Below, one piece after another: positions 10,857-20,210 of a stretch of 64,000 nucleotides of DNA (its first letter is position 1; each line of letters starts with the position of its first letter). The translations under genes and the position numbers were made by a program. Below the pieces are notes generated by a model that saw nothing but the letters and a program-made list of their open reading frames with translations, was not told the DNA's origin and did not search any database. Location of the stretch: positions 352,001-416,000 of the forward strand of contig CAVVYZ010000001.1 of assembly GCA_963752595.1 (NCBI GenBank), given 5' to 3'. This DNA is from an uncultured delta proteobacterium. GTDB lineage: Bacteria; Desulfobacterota; Desulfomonilia; UBA1062.

Positions 10857-10968
10857 GATGACCTCCTCAATCGAAAAACATGGTTATCATATCAGATTAC
10901 AGAGCTTTTGATATTTTTTCCAGAGCTAAATGCTTAAAGTTCCACCAGGAATTCATTCAGATGATACT

Positions 10969-11058
10969 CCTTAAGCTTGGCTTAAGGGGTTCCCACTTTT
11001 TCCTCTCCACTCGGGGAGAGGATACAGGAGAGGGGGCTTGCTTAAGGGGTACTTCATT
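10969..11058 (-). repeat. Dispersed palindromic REP/MITE-like repeat, copy 2
   Basis: Inverted copy of 5081-5176. CTTAAGGGGT occurs as a direct repeat at 10981 and 11041 around the CCTCTCC/GGAGAGG hairpin. Confidence 0.75.
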
Positions 11059-11106
11059 GCAATGAGGGAGGAGCTATCGCCCGGTTCCCACTGTGAAACA
11101 TAACTG

Positions 11107-11754
11107 TCAGATAGATTTAAGGATTTGCTTCAGGAAAGGGCTGATCTCTTCGAGGGCGGCATGGTATTTCCCTCCGTACGAATGTCCAGGCCAGATGGTC
11201 GTATCTCCGGGAAACTTGAGTATCCGCTCAATGCTTTTCCTGATGGCCCCGAGATTCCCGCCCGGGATGTCTGTCCGTCCGATGCCCTCAACGAATACCG
11301 TATCTCCGGTTATGAGATTCCCGGGCCAGGAGAGGCAGATCGATCCAGGAGAGTGCCCGGGAGTATGGAGTACCCTGATGGATGTTTTGCCGAGAAGGAG
11401 GTCTTCTCCTTCGGAAAGTATAAAGGATATCTTCGGGGGTATCCGTGCAGTAAACACTGCTGCCAGTGACGAATTGGCGATCCTCTGGAAAAGCCCTCCT
11501 TCGTCGTTATGGGCCAGGATGGGCACTCTGCCGGAAAAAAGGTGGTTGCCCATAGTGTGGTCCGGATGGATGTGGGTATTGATAACTGCCTTGATATTCA
11601 GGGTGTCTATGTCAATCTGAGAGCGCATATCGGCCGGGGGGTCGATGACGAAACACTCGGAGGACTCGCTGTCCGTAATGATATAGCTCAGCAGGGCGAA
11701 TGAAGTGCTTGCGATCTGTCGGATATCCAGCATCCTGATGCGGCCTCTATTCAT
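11107..11754 (-). CDS. MBL-fold hydrolase (glyoxalase II-like)
   Basis: Motifs NTHIHPDH, HTPGHSPGS, TGD, WPGH. Confidence 0.9.
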   Translation of the reverse strand: MNRGRIRMLDIRQIASTSFALLSYIITDSESSECFVIDPPADMRSQIDIDTLNIKAVINTHIHPDHTMGNHLFSGRVPILAHNDEGGLFQRIANSSLAAVFTARIPPKISFILSEGEDLLLGKTSIRVLHTPGHSPGSICLSWPGNLITGDTVFVEGIGRTDIPGGNLGAIRKSIERILKFPGDTTIWPGHSYGGKYHAALEEISPFLKQILKSI

Positions 11755-12256
11755 CCCTCGTGGAGGAGATGATCCTGTGGAACACCGGCATCAGAAGCGT
11801 TGCGAGCACAGTGCTCCCGGCTGCCTGGAGGATGTTTGCAGGCAGCTCCGCCAGAGCCGCTTTCTGGTCGTACATGATCGTCTCGGCCACGAAGTAGCCG
11901 AGGACCATCCACGCCGTTGCCAGGATGAAACACAAGACGAGCTTGACCGTTATCCTGTCCCTGCGCACCAGGAGGACGCTTACCGCGGCTGTTACGATCA
12001 GAGCTTCGATCCCTTTGATCAGCAACGTCCACAAGGCCCACTGGGGATAGCCTCCCAGGATATCGGCCAGAGCAGACCCGATGCCCCCTGCGATAAATCC
12101 TCCCACTGGGCCGAAAAAGAGGGCGGCCATGAGAACCATGCTGTCGCCGAGATTCAGATATCCGTTCGTCTGGGGGATGGGAACGCGCACGATCATGGTG
12201 GAAACGGCAACAAGTGCGATGAAGAGTGCCAGAAGCGCAAAATCGCGAATCTTCAT
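11747..12256 (-). CDS. ECF transporter S component
   Basis: Hydrophobic 169-aa protein with GYLNLGD and GGIGSALAD motifs. Confidence 0.88.
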   Translation of the reverse strand: MKIRDFALLALFIALVAVSTMIVRVPIPQTNGYLNLGDSMVLMAALFFGPVGGFIAGGIGSALADILGGYPQWALWTLLIKGIEALIVTAAVSVLLVRRDRITVKLVLCFILATAWMVLGYFVAETIMYDQKAALAELPANILQAAGSTVLATLLMPVFHRIISSTRDE

Positions 12257-12258
12257 TC

Positions 12259-13656
12259 TTAAGCCTCCATATACGCCAAGGCCTTTTTCAGCCGGGGGAT
12301 TACCCGTTCTTTGCCCAAGGTCGAGATGATCTCGAATATCCCCGGGGACACGGTCTTGCCGGTCAGGGCAATCCTCATGGGCTGGGCCATGACCTTGAAT
12401 TTCATTCCCGTCTCATCAAGGATAGCTTTGACTGCTTCCTCAGCCTGCGTTTTCTGCGAAAGATCGATCTTTTCAAAACGGTCTATGAGCGACCTGAAGA
12501 CACCTGCAAGCTCCGGCTTGAAGAATCCGGACTTGAGCTCTTCTGGAGGCTCTTTCTCCATGAAGTAGAAGTCGCCGAATTCGATGATCTCTTCGAGTGT
12601 CTTTGTCCGCTCCCTGACGTCCTGGACAACCTTTTCCAGGTATGCATGATCGGGCACCTCATACCCCTTGGCCCTGATGAAATCGGGAATAAGGCCTGCT
12701 ATCCTGTCAGGATCGCCGGTCTTGATATAGTGATGGTTGAGCCAGAGGAGTTTCTCCGGGTTGAATACCGCAGCGCTCCTGCCCACATCGTGGATGTCGA
12801 AGAACGATATGAGCTCGTCGCGGGTAAAGATCTCCTGATCCCCGTGGGACCAGGAAAGCCTGACCAGATAATTGACCAGCGCCTCAGGGAGGTATCCCAT
12901 ATCTTTGTATGCCGTGACCGAGGTGGCCCCGTGGCGCTTGGAAAGGCGGGTTTTGTCCGATCCCAGGATCATCGGCACATGGGCGAAGACCGGGATGTCG
13001 AATCCGAGTGCTGCGTAGAGCTGGACCTGCCTCGGCGTATTGTTCACGTGGTCGTCTCCCCTGATGACATGGGTGATGTTCATGTCGGCGTCGTCGATGA
13101 CCACGGTCAGGTTGTAAGTAGGCATGCCGTCCGACCTGATGAGGATGAGATCGTCGAGCTCGGAATTGTCAACCGTTATCCTGCCCTTGATCATGTCGTC
13201 AAACGAGGTAACGCCGGAGGGGGGCAGGTTGAAGCGCACCACCCTTCCCGGGCCCGGGCCGAGGCCTTTGCTCCTGCAGGTACCGTCATATTTCGGTTTT
13301 CCGCCCTTTCCCAGCGCGATCTTTCTCCGCTCTTCAAGCTCCTCAGGGGTGCATTCGCACCAGTAGGCCTTACCCTCGTCAAGGAGCTTATTTACATAGG
13401 ACCGGTAGAGGTCCAGGCGCTCCGACTGATAGAAAGGCCCCTCGTCCCAGTCGAGGCCGAGCCACTCCATGGCGTCGAGGATCTGGCGGCTCGATTCGTC
13501 CGTTGAGCGCTGGGCATCGGTGTCTTCTACCCTCAGGATAAAGGTGCCGCCTGTGTGCCTGGCATAGAGCCATGCGAAGAGTGCCGTACGGGCTCCGCCG
13601 ATGTGGAGGTACCCGGTCGGCGAAGGGGCGAATCGCGTTCTTACGTTTTTTGTCAT
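12259..13656 (-). CDS. gltX: Glutamate--tRNA ligase
   Basis: Motifs RFAPSPTG, HIGG, RGDDH, LSKRHG. Confidence 0.97.
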   Translation of the reverse strand: MTKNVRTRFAPSPTGYLHIGGARTALFAWLYARHTGGTFILRVEDTDAQRSTDESSRQILDAMEWLGLDWDEGPFYQSERLDLYRSYVNKLLDEGKAYWCECTPEELEERRKIALGKGGKPKYDGTCRSKGLGPGPGRVVRFNLPPSGVTSFDDMIKGRITVDNSELDDLILIRSDGMPTYNLTVVIDDADMNITHVIRGDDHVNNTPRQVQLYAALGFDIPVFAHVPMILGSDKTRLSKRHGATSVTAYKDMGYLPEALVNYLVRLSWSHGDQEIFTRDELISFFDIHDVGRSAAVFNPEKLLWLNHHYIKTGDPDRIAGLIPDFIRAKGYEVPDHAYLEKVVQDVRERTKTLEEIIEFGDFYFMEKEPPEELKSGFFKPELAGVFRSLIDRFEKIDLSQKTQAEEAVKAILDETGMKFKVMAQPMRIALTGKTVSPGIFEIISTLGKERVIPRLKKALAYMEA

Positions 13657-15578
13657 ATCTGCCTCTGTATCGTGGATTTGATGTAATTGAGCAGGCCGCC
13701 TTCTTTCAGGATTTCCCGCTCCCTGTCCGTTACCTGGACCAGGCAGTCGAGCTTCTGCCCGCTTCCGGTCTCCCGAACCTCGATGCCTTCCTTGCCTTCC
13801 AGGGCCAGCAGGATACCGGAAATCCTGATCCGTGCGCCCTTACCCAGGAGCACATAGGCCTTTTCGCCGATAGTGACGGGCAGTATCCCGAAGTTGATGA
13901 GATTCGACCGGTGGATCCGTGCAAAGGACCTGGCGAGGACGGCTTTGATGCCGAGGTACATGGGCGCCAGCGCGGCGTGCTCCCGTGATGAGCCCTGGCC
14001 GTAATTCTCCCGGGCAAGGATGCATCCCGACCCGGCCTTCTTCGCATGAGCGGAAAAGTCAGGGTCGATGCCGAAGAATACATACCGGGAGATGGCTTCG
14101 ATATTCGACCTTAAGGGAAGGATCTTTGCGCCTGCCGGCATGATATCGTCAGTGGTGATGTTGTCCTGAAGCTTGAGCAGGACCTCGAGTTCGAGACTGT
14201 CTTCCATGGGCCCGCGCTTGGGCAGGGGCCTGATATTCGGCCCCCTGACGATCTCCGCCTTCACCCCTTGGGGGTCGGGAGGGATGATCATGGAGTCATT
14301 GAGAGAAAACCTCTTCGGCAGCTTGACCTGCGGGTAGCTGCCCAGCTCCTCCGGATGGACGAAGCAGCCTTTCAGAGCGCACGCAACAGCGACTTCCGGC
14401 GAGGTGAGGTAAACGCCTGCACTCTCGGTACCGGATCTCCCGAAGAAGTTCCGGTTGAAGGTCCTTACCGATACAGCATCCGTTTTCGGTGACTGCCCCA
14501 TGCCGATGCATGGGCCGCATGCGCTCTCCAGGATTCGGGCACCCGACGCGATGATATCCGTCAGCGATCCGTTCCCGGCAAGCATGGAGAGCACCTGGCG
14601 GGAGCCCGGAGCGATGCCGAAGCTTACATCCGGGTGAATCTTTTTGCCTTTGAGAACCGAGGCAACCGTCATAAGGTCCTTGAGCGAAGAGTTCGTACAG
14701 GAGCCGATGAGCACCTGATCGACCTTTTTGCCTTTGAGGTCACGTACAGGGACCACTTTGTCCGGGCTGTGCGGGCATGCAGCCATGGGTTCGACTGTTG
14801 CAAGGTCGATCTCCATGACTTCGTCGTATACGGCATTCCTGTCGGCAGTGAGGCGCTTCCAGTCGTGCTTTCTTCCCTGGGCAGCAAGAAAACTCCTGGT
14901 GATCTCATCGCTCGGGAAGATGGATGTCGTTGCCCCGAGCTCGGCGCCCATATTGGTGATCGTCGCCCGCTCCGGCACGCTTAAGCTCTTTACCCCTTCT
15001 CCCGTGTATTCGAATATTTTTCCTACACCGCCCTTGACCGTTACCCTCCTAAGGACTTCGAGGATGATGTCCTTGGCGCTTACCCATTTCCGGAGCCGGG
15101 AGGTAAGGATGACACCCACAACCTTGGGCTTCGGGATGGAAAAGGGCATGCCTGCCATGGCCGAAGCGACATCAAGGCCGCCTGCGCCGATGGCCAGCAT
15201 CCCGATACCGCCTGCAGTCGGGGTATGGCTGTCCGATCCGAGCAGCGTCTTGCCGGGCATCCCGAACCTTTCCAGGTGCACCTGGTGGCAGATCCCGTTG
15301 CCCGGCCGGGAAAAGTAGATGCCGTACTTGCGGGCCACATCCTGGAGAAACCGGTGGTCATCGGCATTCTCGAACCCCGACTGGAGGGTGTTGTGGTCAA
15401 CATAACTCACCGAAAGCTCGGTCTTCACCTTCTCGATACCGATGGCCTCGAATTCCAGATACGCCATGGTCCCGGTCGCATCCTGGGTCAGGGTCTGGTC
15501 TATTTTCAGCGTGTACTCCCGATCGTTCTGTTCGACCAGATGCGCTTCGATTATTTTCCGTGTGAGTGTCTTTGCCAT
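13653..15578 (-). CDS. Aconitate hydratase (compact ~640-aa type)
   Basis: Motifs QDATGT, DH, GSDSHT, GSCTN, CGPCIG, NRNF, NYGQGSSRE. Confidence 0.93.
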   Translation of the reverse strand: MAKTLTRKIIEAHLVEQNDREYTLKIDQTLTQDATGTMAYLEFEAIGIEKVKTELSVSYVDHNTLQSGFENADDHRFLQDVARKYGIYFSRPGNGICHQVHLERFGMPGKTLLGSDSHTPTAGGIGMLAIGAGGLDVASAMAGMPFSIPKPKVVGVILTSRLRKWVSAKDIILEVLRRVTVKGGVGKIFEYTGEGVKSLSVPERATITNMGAELGATTSIFPSDEITRSFLAAQGRKHDWKRLTADRNAVYDEVMEIDLATVEPMAACPHSPDKVVPVRDLKGKKVDQVLIGSCTNSSLKDLMTVASVLKGKKIHPDVSFGIAPGSRQVLSMLAGNGSLTDIIASGARILESACGPCIGMGQSPKTDAVSVRTFNRNFFGRSGTESAGVYLTSPEVAVACALKGCFVHPEELGSYPQVKLPKRFSLNDSMIIPPDPQGVKAEIVRGPNIRPLPKRGPMEDSLELEVLLKLQDNITTDDIMPAGAKILPLRSNIEAISRYVFFGIDPDFSAHAKKAGSGCILARENYGQGSSREHAALAPMYLGIKAVLARSFARIHRSNLINFGILPVTIGEKAYVLLGKGARIRISGILLALEGKEGIEVRETGSGQKLDCLVQVTDREREILKEGGLLNYIKSTIQRQI

Positions 15579-15752
15579 TTCAGCTCCCGACTCTATAGTG
15601 TTCCCTCTCTCTAATGGATGAACAACGTTTAAGTCAAGACCCCCTCATGGAATTTTCCTCTTGTCATTATGGTACGGGAAACTATTGCCGGGAATATGGA
15701 TGCTTAGTGGTTGAAAGCATTCGGTTCATAAAACAGAATGATAGATAATTGT

Positions 15753-15781
15753 TAAAGATATCCTCACCAGGCAACCGATAA
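15753..15781 (+). promoter_or_regulatory. Possible sigma28-like promoter
   Basis: TAAA-N17-ACCGATAA. The spacer is 1-2 nt longer than canonical. Confidence 0.3.
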
Positions 15782-15820
15782 TGGATACGAGAATAGATTC
15801 AATGCGAATAGGGGGAGTGC

Positions 15821-17368
15821 ATGGGTGACAAAAGGCTGATGGGCGAAATCCTGGTAGAGCTGGGCCTCATCGATGAATACAGACTCAGGCATGCGCTGGA
15901 GACCGCGAAGCGAGAGGGAATAAAGCTCGGAGAGGCCCTTATACGGTTGGCCTATCTCGGCGAGGACCAGATCCTGGATATTCTGAAAAACCTGACGAGC
16001 GTTCCGACGCTCAACATGAGGCAGACCGTTATAAAAAAGGATGTCCAGACGATCATGCCCCCTGACCGGATGAGGGTGATGAAGGTTCTCCCCATCGAGG
16101 TGAATGACAAGGTTGCCACGGTGGCTTTTGCCGACCCCCTGAATTATATGGTTGTCGAGAACGTCAAATTCATCATCAACAAGGACGTTGTCCCGATGCT
16201 GGCGACGCAGTTTCAGATTGACGATATCCTCGATCATCTGGACCGGCTCGGCTACGGGACCAAGCAGCTTACACTCTCAACGGTAAGGAGGAGTATTTCC
16301 ACCGTTACGGTCAATGAGATGAAGCCTTCGAATATGATAAGGCTCCTGGACGCCCCCGAAAGTACAGACCTTCATATCTCTCTGGGAACTGCACCGGCCG
16401 TCAGAGCCGGTGGTGTATTCAAACGGAGCAACCTGCCGATCGTAACACCCGGCATGATGTATGAGTTCGTCAAAGAGGTGCTTCCAGAGGAGCATATGCA
16501 GGAGCTCGAGGACAAGAAACAGGTAGAATTCACCTACCTGAAGCCCGGCATCGGCAGATACCGTGTGAACATCTATTACCAGAAGGGTGGGGAAATCGCA
16601 GTGGCGATAAAAAAACTGGTGGAGGATATCCCGTCTGCAGCATCACTGGGCCTGCCCGAATCACTCATCTCTTTGCTGGACAGAAGGGGGCTCCTCGTGG
16701 TGAGCTCTGCACGGGGGCAGGGTAAGGATACGACTATAGCGGCACTGGTCGACCATATCAACTCCACGAAGAGCTGCAACATCATTACCTTTGAGGATCC
16801 CATCGAGTACATTCACCATCATAAAATGTCCAATGTGAATCAGCGTGAGCTGGGAAGGGATACCGACAAGAATCTCGAGGAGGTCTTTGATCGCGTCACC
16901 AAGCACGACCCGGATGTTCTCATAATCTCCCACATCAAGGAAAAGTTCATGATGGAAGCCGCTGTCCTTGCAGCTCAGAAGGGCATCCTCGTGATCGTGG
17001 GTCTCTCTGCAATCGATGTGTTCAGCGCTATAGAGCAGATCATAACGACACTCTCAGATGATTACATGAAGATGCTCTTCTCCCGTTCCCTGCTCGCCGC
17101 CTTTGCGCAGAGGCTCATATGGTCCAAAGGCTCGAAAAAGAGGGTCCTGGCTTGGGAGCATCTCCTGGCAACGCCGAGAATCCAGAAGTATATCAGGGAT
17201 GACAAGGTATACTATATTAAAGGCCAGGCACCGTCGTTACGGGGCGAGTATTTCCCTATCGAGGAGAGCCTTGCAAGGTCGGTAAAAAAAGGCCTGATAA
17301 GTGAGGATTCCCTCAGGACGGAATCCTGGGTAAATCAAGATGTAATCAAGGCTTATCTCGAGCGGTAA
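15821..17368 (+). CDS. MshEN/T2SSE_N domain fused to a PilT/PilU-like ATPase core with degenerate catalytic motifs
   Basis: N-terminus RLMGEILVELGLI...KLGEALIRL and VAFADP. PilT core DLHISLG, RYRVNIY, TFEDPIEY, VNQRELG.DT, DPDV. Confidence 0.85.
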   Translation: MGDKRLMGEILVELGLIDEYRLRHALETAKREGIKLGEALIRLAYLGEDQILDILKNLTSVPTLNMRQTVIKKDVQTIMPPDRMRVMKVLPIEVNDKVATVAFADPLNYMVVENVKFIINKDVVPMLATQFQIDDILDHLDRLGYGTKQLTLSTVRRSISTVTVNEMKPSNMIRLLDAPESTDLHISLGTAPAVRAGGVFKRSNLPIVTPGMMYEFVKEVLPEEHMQELEDKKQVEFTYLKPGIGRYRVNIYYQKGGEIAVAIKKLVEDIPSAASLGLPESLISLLDRRGLLVVSSARGQGKDTTIAALVDHINSTKSCNIITFEDPIEYIHHHKMSNVNQRELGRDTDKNLEEVFDRVTKHDPDVLIISHIKEKFMMEAAVLAAQKGILVIVGLSAIDVFSAIEQIITTLSDDYMKMLFSRSLLAAFAQRLIWSKGSKKRVLAWEHLLATPRIQKYIRDDKVYYIKGQAPSLRGEYFPIEESLARSVKKGLISEDSLRTESWVNQDVIKAYLER

Positions 17369-17518
17369 CCCGAGAAGATTCCATGGGTATACGGTAAGAA
17401 ACGAGGGCTCATTCACCACAAATTTTTGCTTGCATCGCAAATTCCAATAGTGTATTTAATGAACCATGATTCAGAATAATTCTCTGAATTCATAATAAAA
17501 AACTCTAAGGAGTGTGGG

Positions 17519-17881
17519 ATGAGCAGATTAATGACCTTTGTTTCTGTTGCCTTTATGGTGTTCGCAGTATCCAGTGTTGCTTTTGCTGCCGATGGAGCAG
17601 CAGCAGGGTATACGGATTGGGCTAAGGTAATCTTCGTCGCAGTATCGGTCATCGCAGCAGGCCTCTGCATGGGTCTTGGTACCGTGGGTCCAGGCCTCGG
17701 AATGGGTCAGGCAACTGCAGGTGCGAGCGAGGCAGTCGGCCGCAATCCTGAAGCTCAGGGTAAAATCATGCTTACCATGATGGTTGGTCTTGCTATGACA
17801 GAGTCCATCGCAATCTACGCCCTCGTTGTAACCCTTATCATCCTCTACGCAAACCCCTTCAAAGCAATTATAATGGGTTAG
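17519..17881 (+). CDS. atpE: ATP synthase F0 subunit c (orphan copy, with N-terminal leader)
   Basis: GxGxGxG helix, RNPEA loop, carboxylate in MTESIAIY. Confidence 0.95.
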   Translation: MSRLMTFVSVAFMVFAVSSVAFAADGAAAGYTDWAKVIFVAVSVIAAGLCMGLGTVGPGLGMGQATAGASEAVGRNPEAQGKIMLTMMVGLAMTESIAIYALVVTLIILYANPFKAIIMG

Positions 17882-18078
17882 GAAAAGCGGTATCGATGAT
17901 CTCAAAGGAGCCTACATACATCAGTGCACTATTTTTGCTTCAACGAAATGGTGCGAGTGGGGGGTACGCGGCTCGCATTGCTTTGGGATTCCAGATGAAT
18001 AGTTTTTCTTAGGTGATAAGATGAACATGGTGGGTTATCGCTACACAAGCGGTTGCATAAGACGTTCAGGAGATTGAT

Positions 18079-19386
18079 ATGGACCAGGAAGCAAAAACTA
18101 ATTTTAGTTTTGCCAGTATTGCCGTAAGCTTTTTCATCCTCATCGTGCTTCCCCTTACTATCACCGGTGTCATTATCAGCAAGGGGGTTGTCAAGGTGGG
18201 CGAGGAGGCGACACAGGCAAACTTGCGCATTCTCGACGATAGTCAGAAGCTGTCGATAGGAGGGCGTGCTCAGAATATAGCGGATGCAGTCGCTCAGTTC
18301 CTCTCCGACACGGAAAAGGACATCCGGATAGCTTCGATACTTCCTCGGGATGAGAACGCATACACCACCTTTCTCAGATCCAACAGCAGAGGTGTCGTCA
18401 ACGCATCCAATGTCGGGATCGTGAAAATACCCGTTCCCGTATTCAGGGAGATCGCCTTCTTGAACAAAACAGGGATGGAAGTGCTGAAGGTCACTGCCCA
18501 GGGCGTGGCTCCGAAAGAGAATTTGCGTGACATGTCCAATCCGGCCAACGGAGAATTTGGATCCGAAGACTACTTCCAGATGGCCAAGGTTATGGCCCCA
18601 GGTGAATTCTACATGGGTCCGGTGGTCGGCCGCCATGTGAACAAAGCCGAATTCGACGGCGGAAAGAGATTTGACGGCATTATCCGGATGGCAGCCCCGG
18701 TATTCGATTCTCAGGGGTTTGCAGGAGTTGTCGAACTTGCTTTAAACGTAGTACATATAAGTGAATTTACAGATCATATCATACCTACGGAACCCGGGAT
18801 GGTTTATGCCCAGGTTAATCCGGAGAACATGGATTATTCGTTCATGGTAGATCGGAACGGAAATATCATTGCTCATCCCAGCGATTACCTTATCCCGGGG
18901 CTGGATCAGAATATGAAGCCGGTTCCGGTTTTGGATGAGCAGAATTATAAAGAGCTTTCCCAGGCCGGCGAGGGCGGCATGAACATACTGAAGATGGGAT
19001 TCCTCGACGAGAACCTTCCCAAGATTCATGCACTCGCCGCTGAAGGCAAAGCCGGATCATTAACCTATACCGTTGATGACAAGCGGATCTTCATGGCTTA
19101 TGCACCCATCCCCTTCTATGGCAACGGATATGCCAAGCCGCAGGGGTTCGGTTGGGTCGGGATGATGGTTGATATCGATAAATATCATCACTTGAGCCAG
19201 GAAAGGGTCAAGGAGATCCAGGATAAGGTTCAGAGATGGCAGAAGTCCAGTATCGTTGTGGTATTCGTATCACTCATCCTCCTCTTTGCCATAGCACTGA
19301 TACTTGCAAGAGGGCTCTACAGATCCATTCAGAGCGCACGACGTGCCGAAGAATCAAGGCCTCGTAAGGACGACGACGAAGATTAG
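18079..19386 (+). CDS. Two-TM membrane protein with a large extracytoplasmic Cache-like sensor domain and no cytoplasmic output domain
   Basis: TM helix at each end. Cache-like motifs EIAFLNKTG.E, DYF, APVFD, YSFMVDRNGNIIAHP, AYAPI, GWVG. Short tail after TM2. Confidence 0.8.
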   Translation: MDQEAKTNFSFASIAVSFFILIVLPLTITGVIISKGVVKVGEEATQANLRILDDSQKLSIGGRAQNIADAVAQFLSDTEKDIRIASILPRDENAYTTFLRSNSRGVVNASNVGIVKIPVPVFREIAFLNKTGMEVLKVTAQGVAPKENLRDMSNPANGEFGSEDYFQMAKVMAPGEFYMGPVVGRHVNKAEFDGGKRFDGIIRMAAPVFDSQGFAGVVELALNVVHISEFTDHIIPTEPGMVYAQVNPENMDYSFMVDRNGNIIAHPSDYLIPGLDQNMKPVPVLDEQNYKELSQAGEGGMNILKMGFLDENLPKIHALAAEGKAGSLTYTVDDKRIFMAYAPIPFYGNGYAKPQGFGWVGMMVDIDKYHHLSQERVKEIQDKVQRWQKSSIVVVFVSLILLFAIALILARGLYRSIQSARRAEESRPRKDDDED

Positions 19387-19419
19387 CTTAAACGTCTTCA
19401 TCTGAAACGTAACGACTCG

Positions 19420-19457
19420 AAAGAGATGGCGGTAAACAAAACCGCCATCTCTTTTTT
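19420..19457 (+). terminator. Intrinsic terminator
   Basis: AAGAGATGGCGGT-AAACAAA-ACCGCCATCTCTT followed by a T-run. Confidence 0.85.
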
Positions 19458-19633
19458 ATTCAGTAATGAGACATCCCGCGGACCCCTCATATGAGACCTG
19501 GAATTTTCCAGTAAAGTAAATTGCTAGTAAAAATAATAGAATATATTAATTTTATTGCTTGCCGTATTATTGACATGCCTATGAAATTCTGATTTAGTAC
19601 ATCAGCTTAATAGACTTAGGGAGGCAGCATTTC

Positions 19634-20209
19634 ATGGAGTATCTACTGTTGATTGTCAGTGCAGCGCTCGTGAACAACTTCGTCCTCTCCCGCTTTTTAG
19701 GTATCTGCCCTTTTATCGGAGTATCGAAAAGCACGGATACGGCGATCGGCATGAGCATGGCGGTAGTGTTCGTCATTGCCCTTGCATCCCTTGTCACCTG
19801 GCTGATCAACCATACTCTGCTGGTGCCCAACGGGCTCGAATATCTCCAGACCATCGTATTCATACTTGTCATCGCTTCCCTGGTTCAGCTTGTTGAGATG
19901 ATCATCCAGAAGGTGAGCATGCCGCTTTACCAGGCCCTGGGCATCTATCTGCCCTTGATCACGACCAACTGCGCAGTGCTTGGTGTTGCCATTCTGAACA
20001 TCAACCTCAAATATGATTTACTGCAATCGGTTATTTTCGGAACAGGTTCTGCAGTGGGTTTCGGACTTGCTTTGACCATCTTTGCCGGTATGCGGGAAGA
20101 GATGGATCTCAATAACATTCCCAAGGCTTTCCAGGGAACGCCCATTGCCCTCATCACAGCAGGGATTCTTTCTCTGGCATTCATGGGATTTTCAGGTCTG
20201 GTGAAGTAA
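19634..20209 (+). CDS. rnfA: Rnf electron transport complex subunit A
   Basis: Motifs [14 protein letters not shown] and [12 protein letters not shown]. Confidence 0.96.
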   Translation: MEYLLLIVSAALVNNFVLSRFLGICPFIGVSKSTDTAIGMSMAVVFVIALASLVTWLINHTLLVPNGLEYLQTIVFILVIASLVQLVEMIIQKVSMPLYQALGIYLPLITTNCAVLGVAILNINLKYDLLQSVIFGTGSAVGFGLALTIFAGMREEMDLNNIPKAFQGTPIALITAGILSLAFMGFSGLVK

Positions 20210-20210
20210 G

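Noticed and set aside
12226-13506. 426-aa + strand ORF, and similar long antisense ORFs over nfnA, hdr and prfC
   Set aside because: These are shadow ORFs opposite well-conserved GC3-rich genes, with no recognisable motifs.
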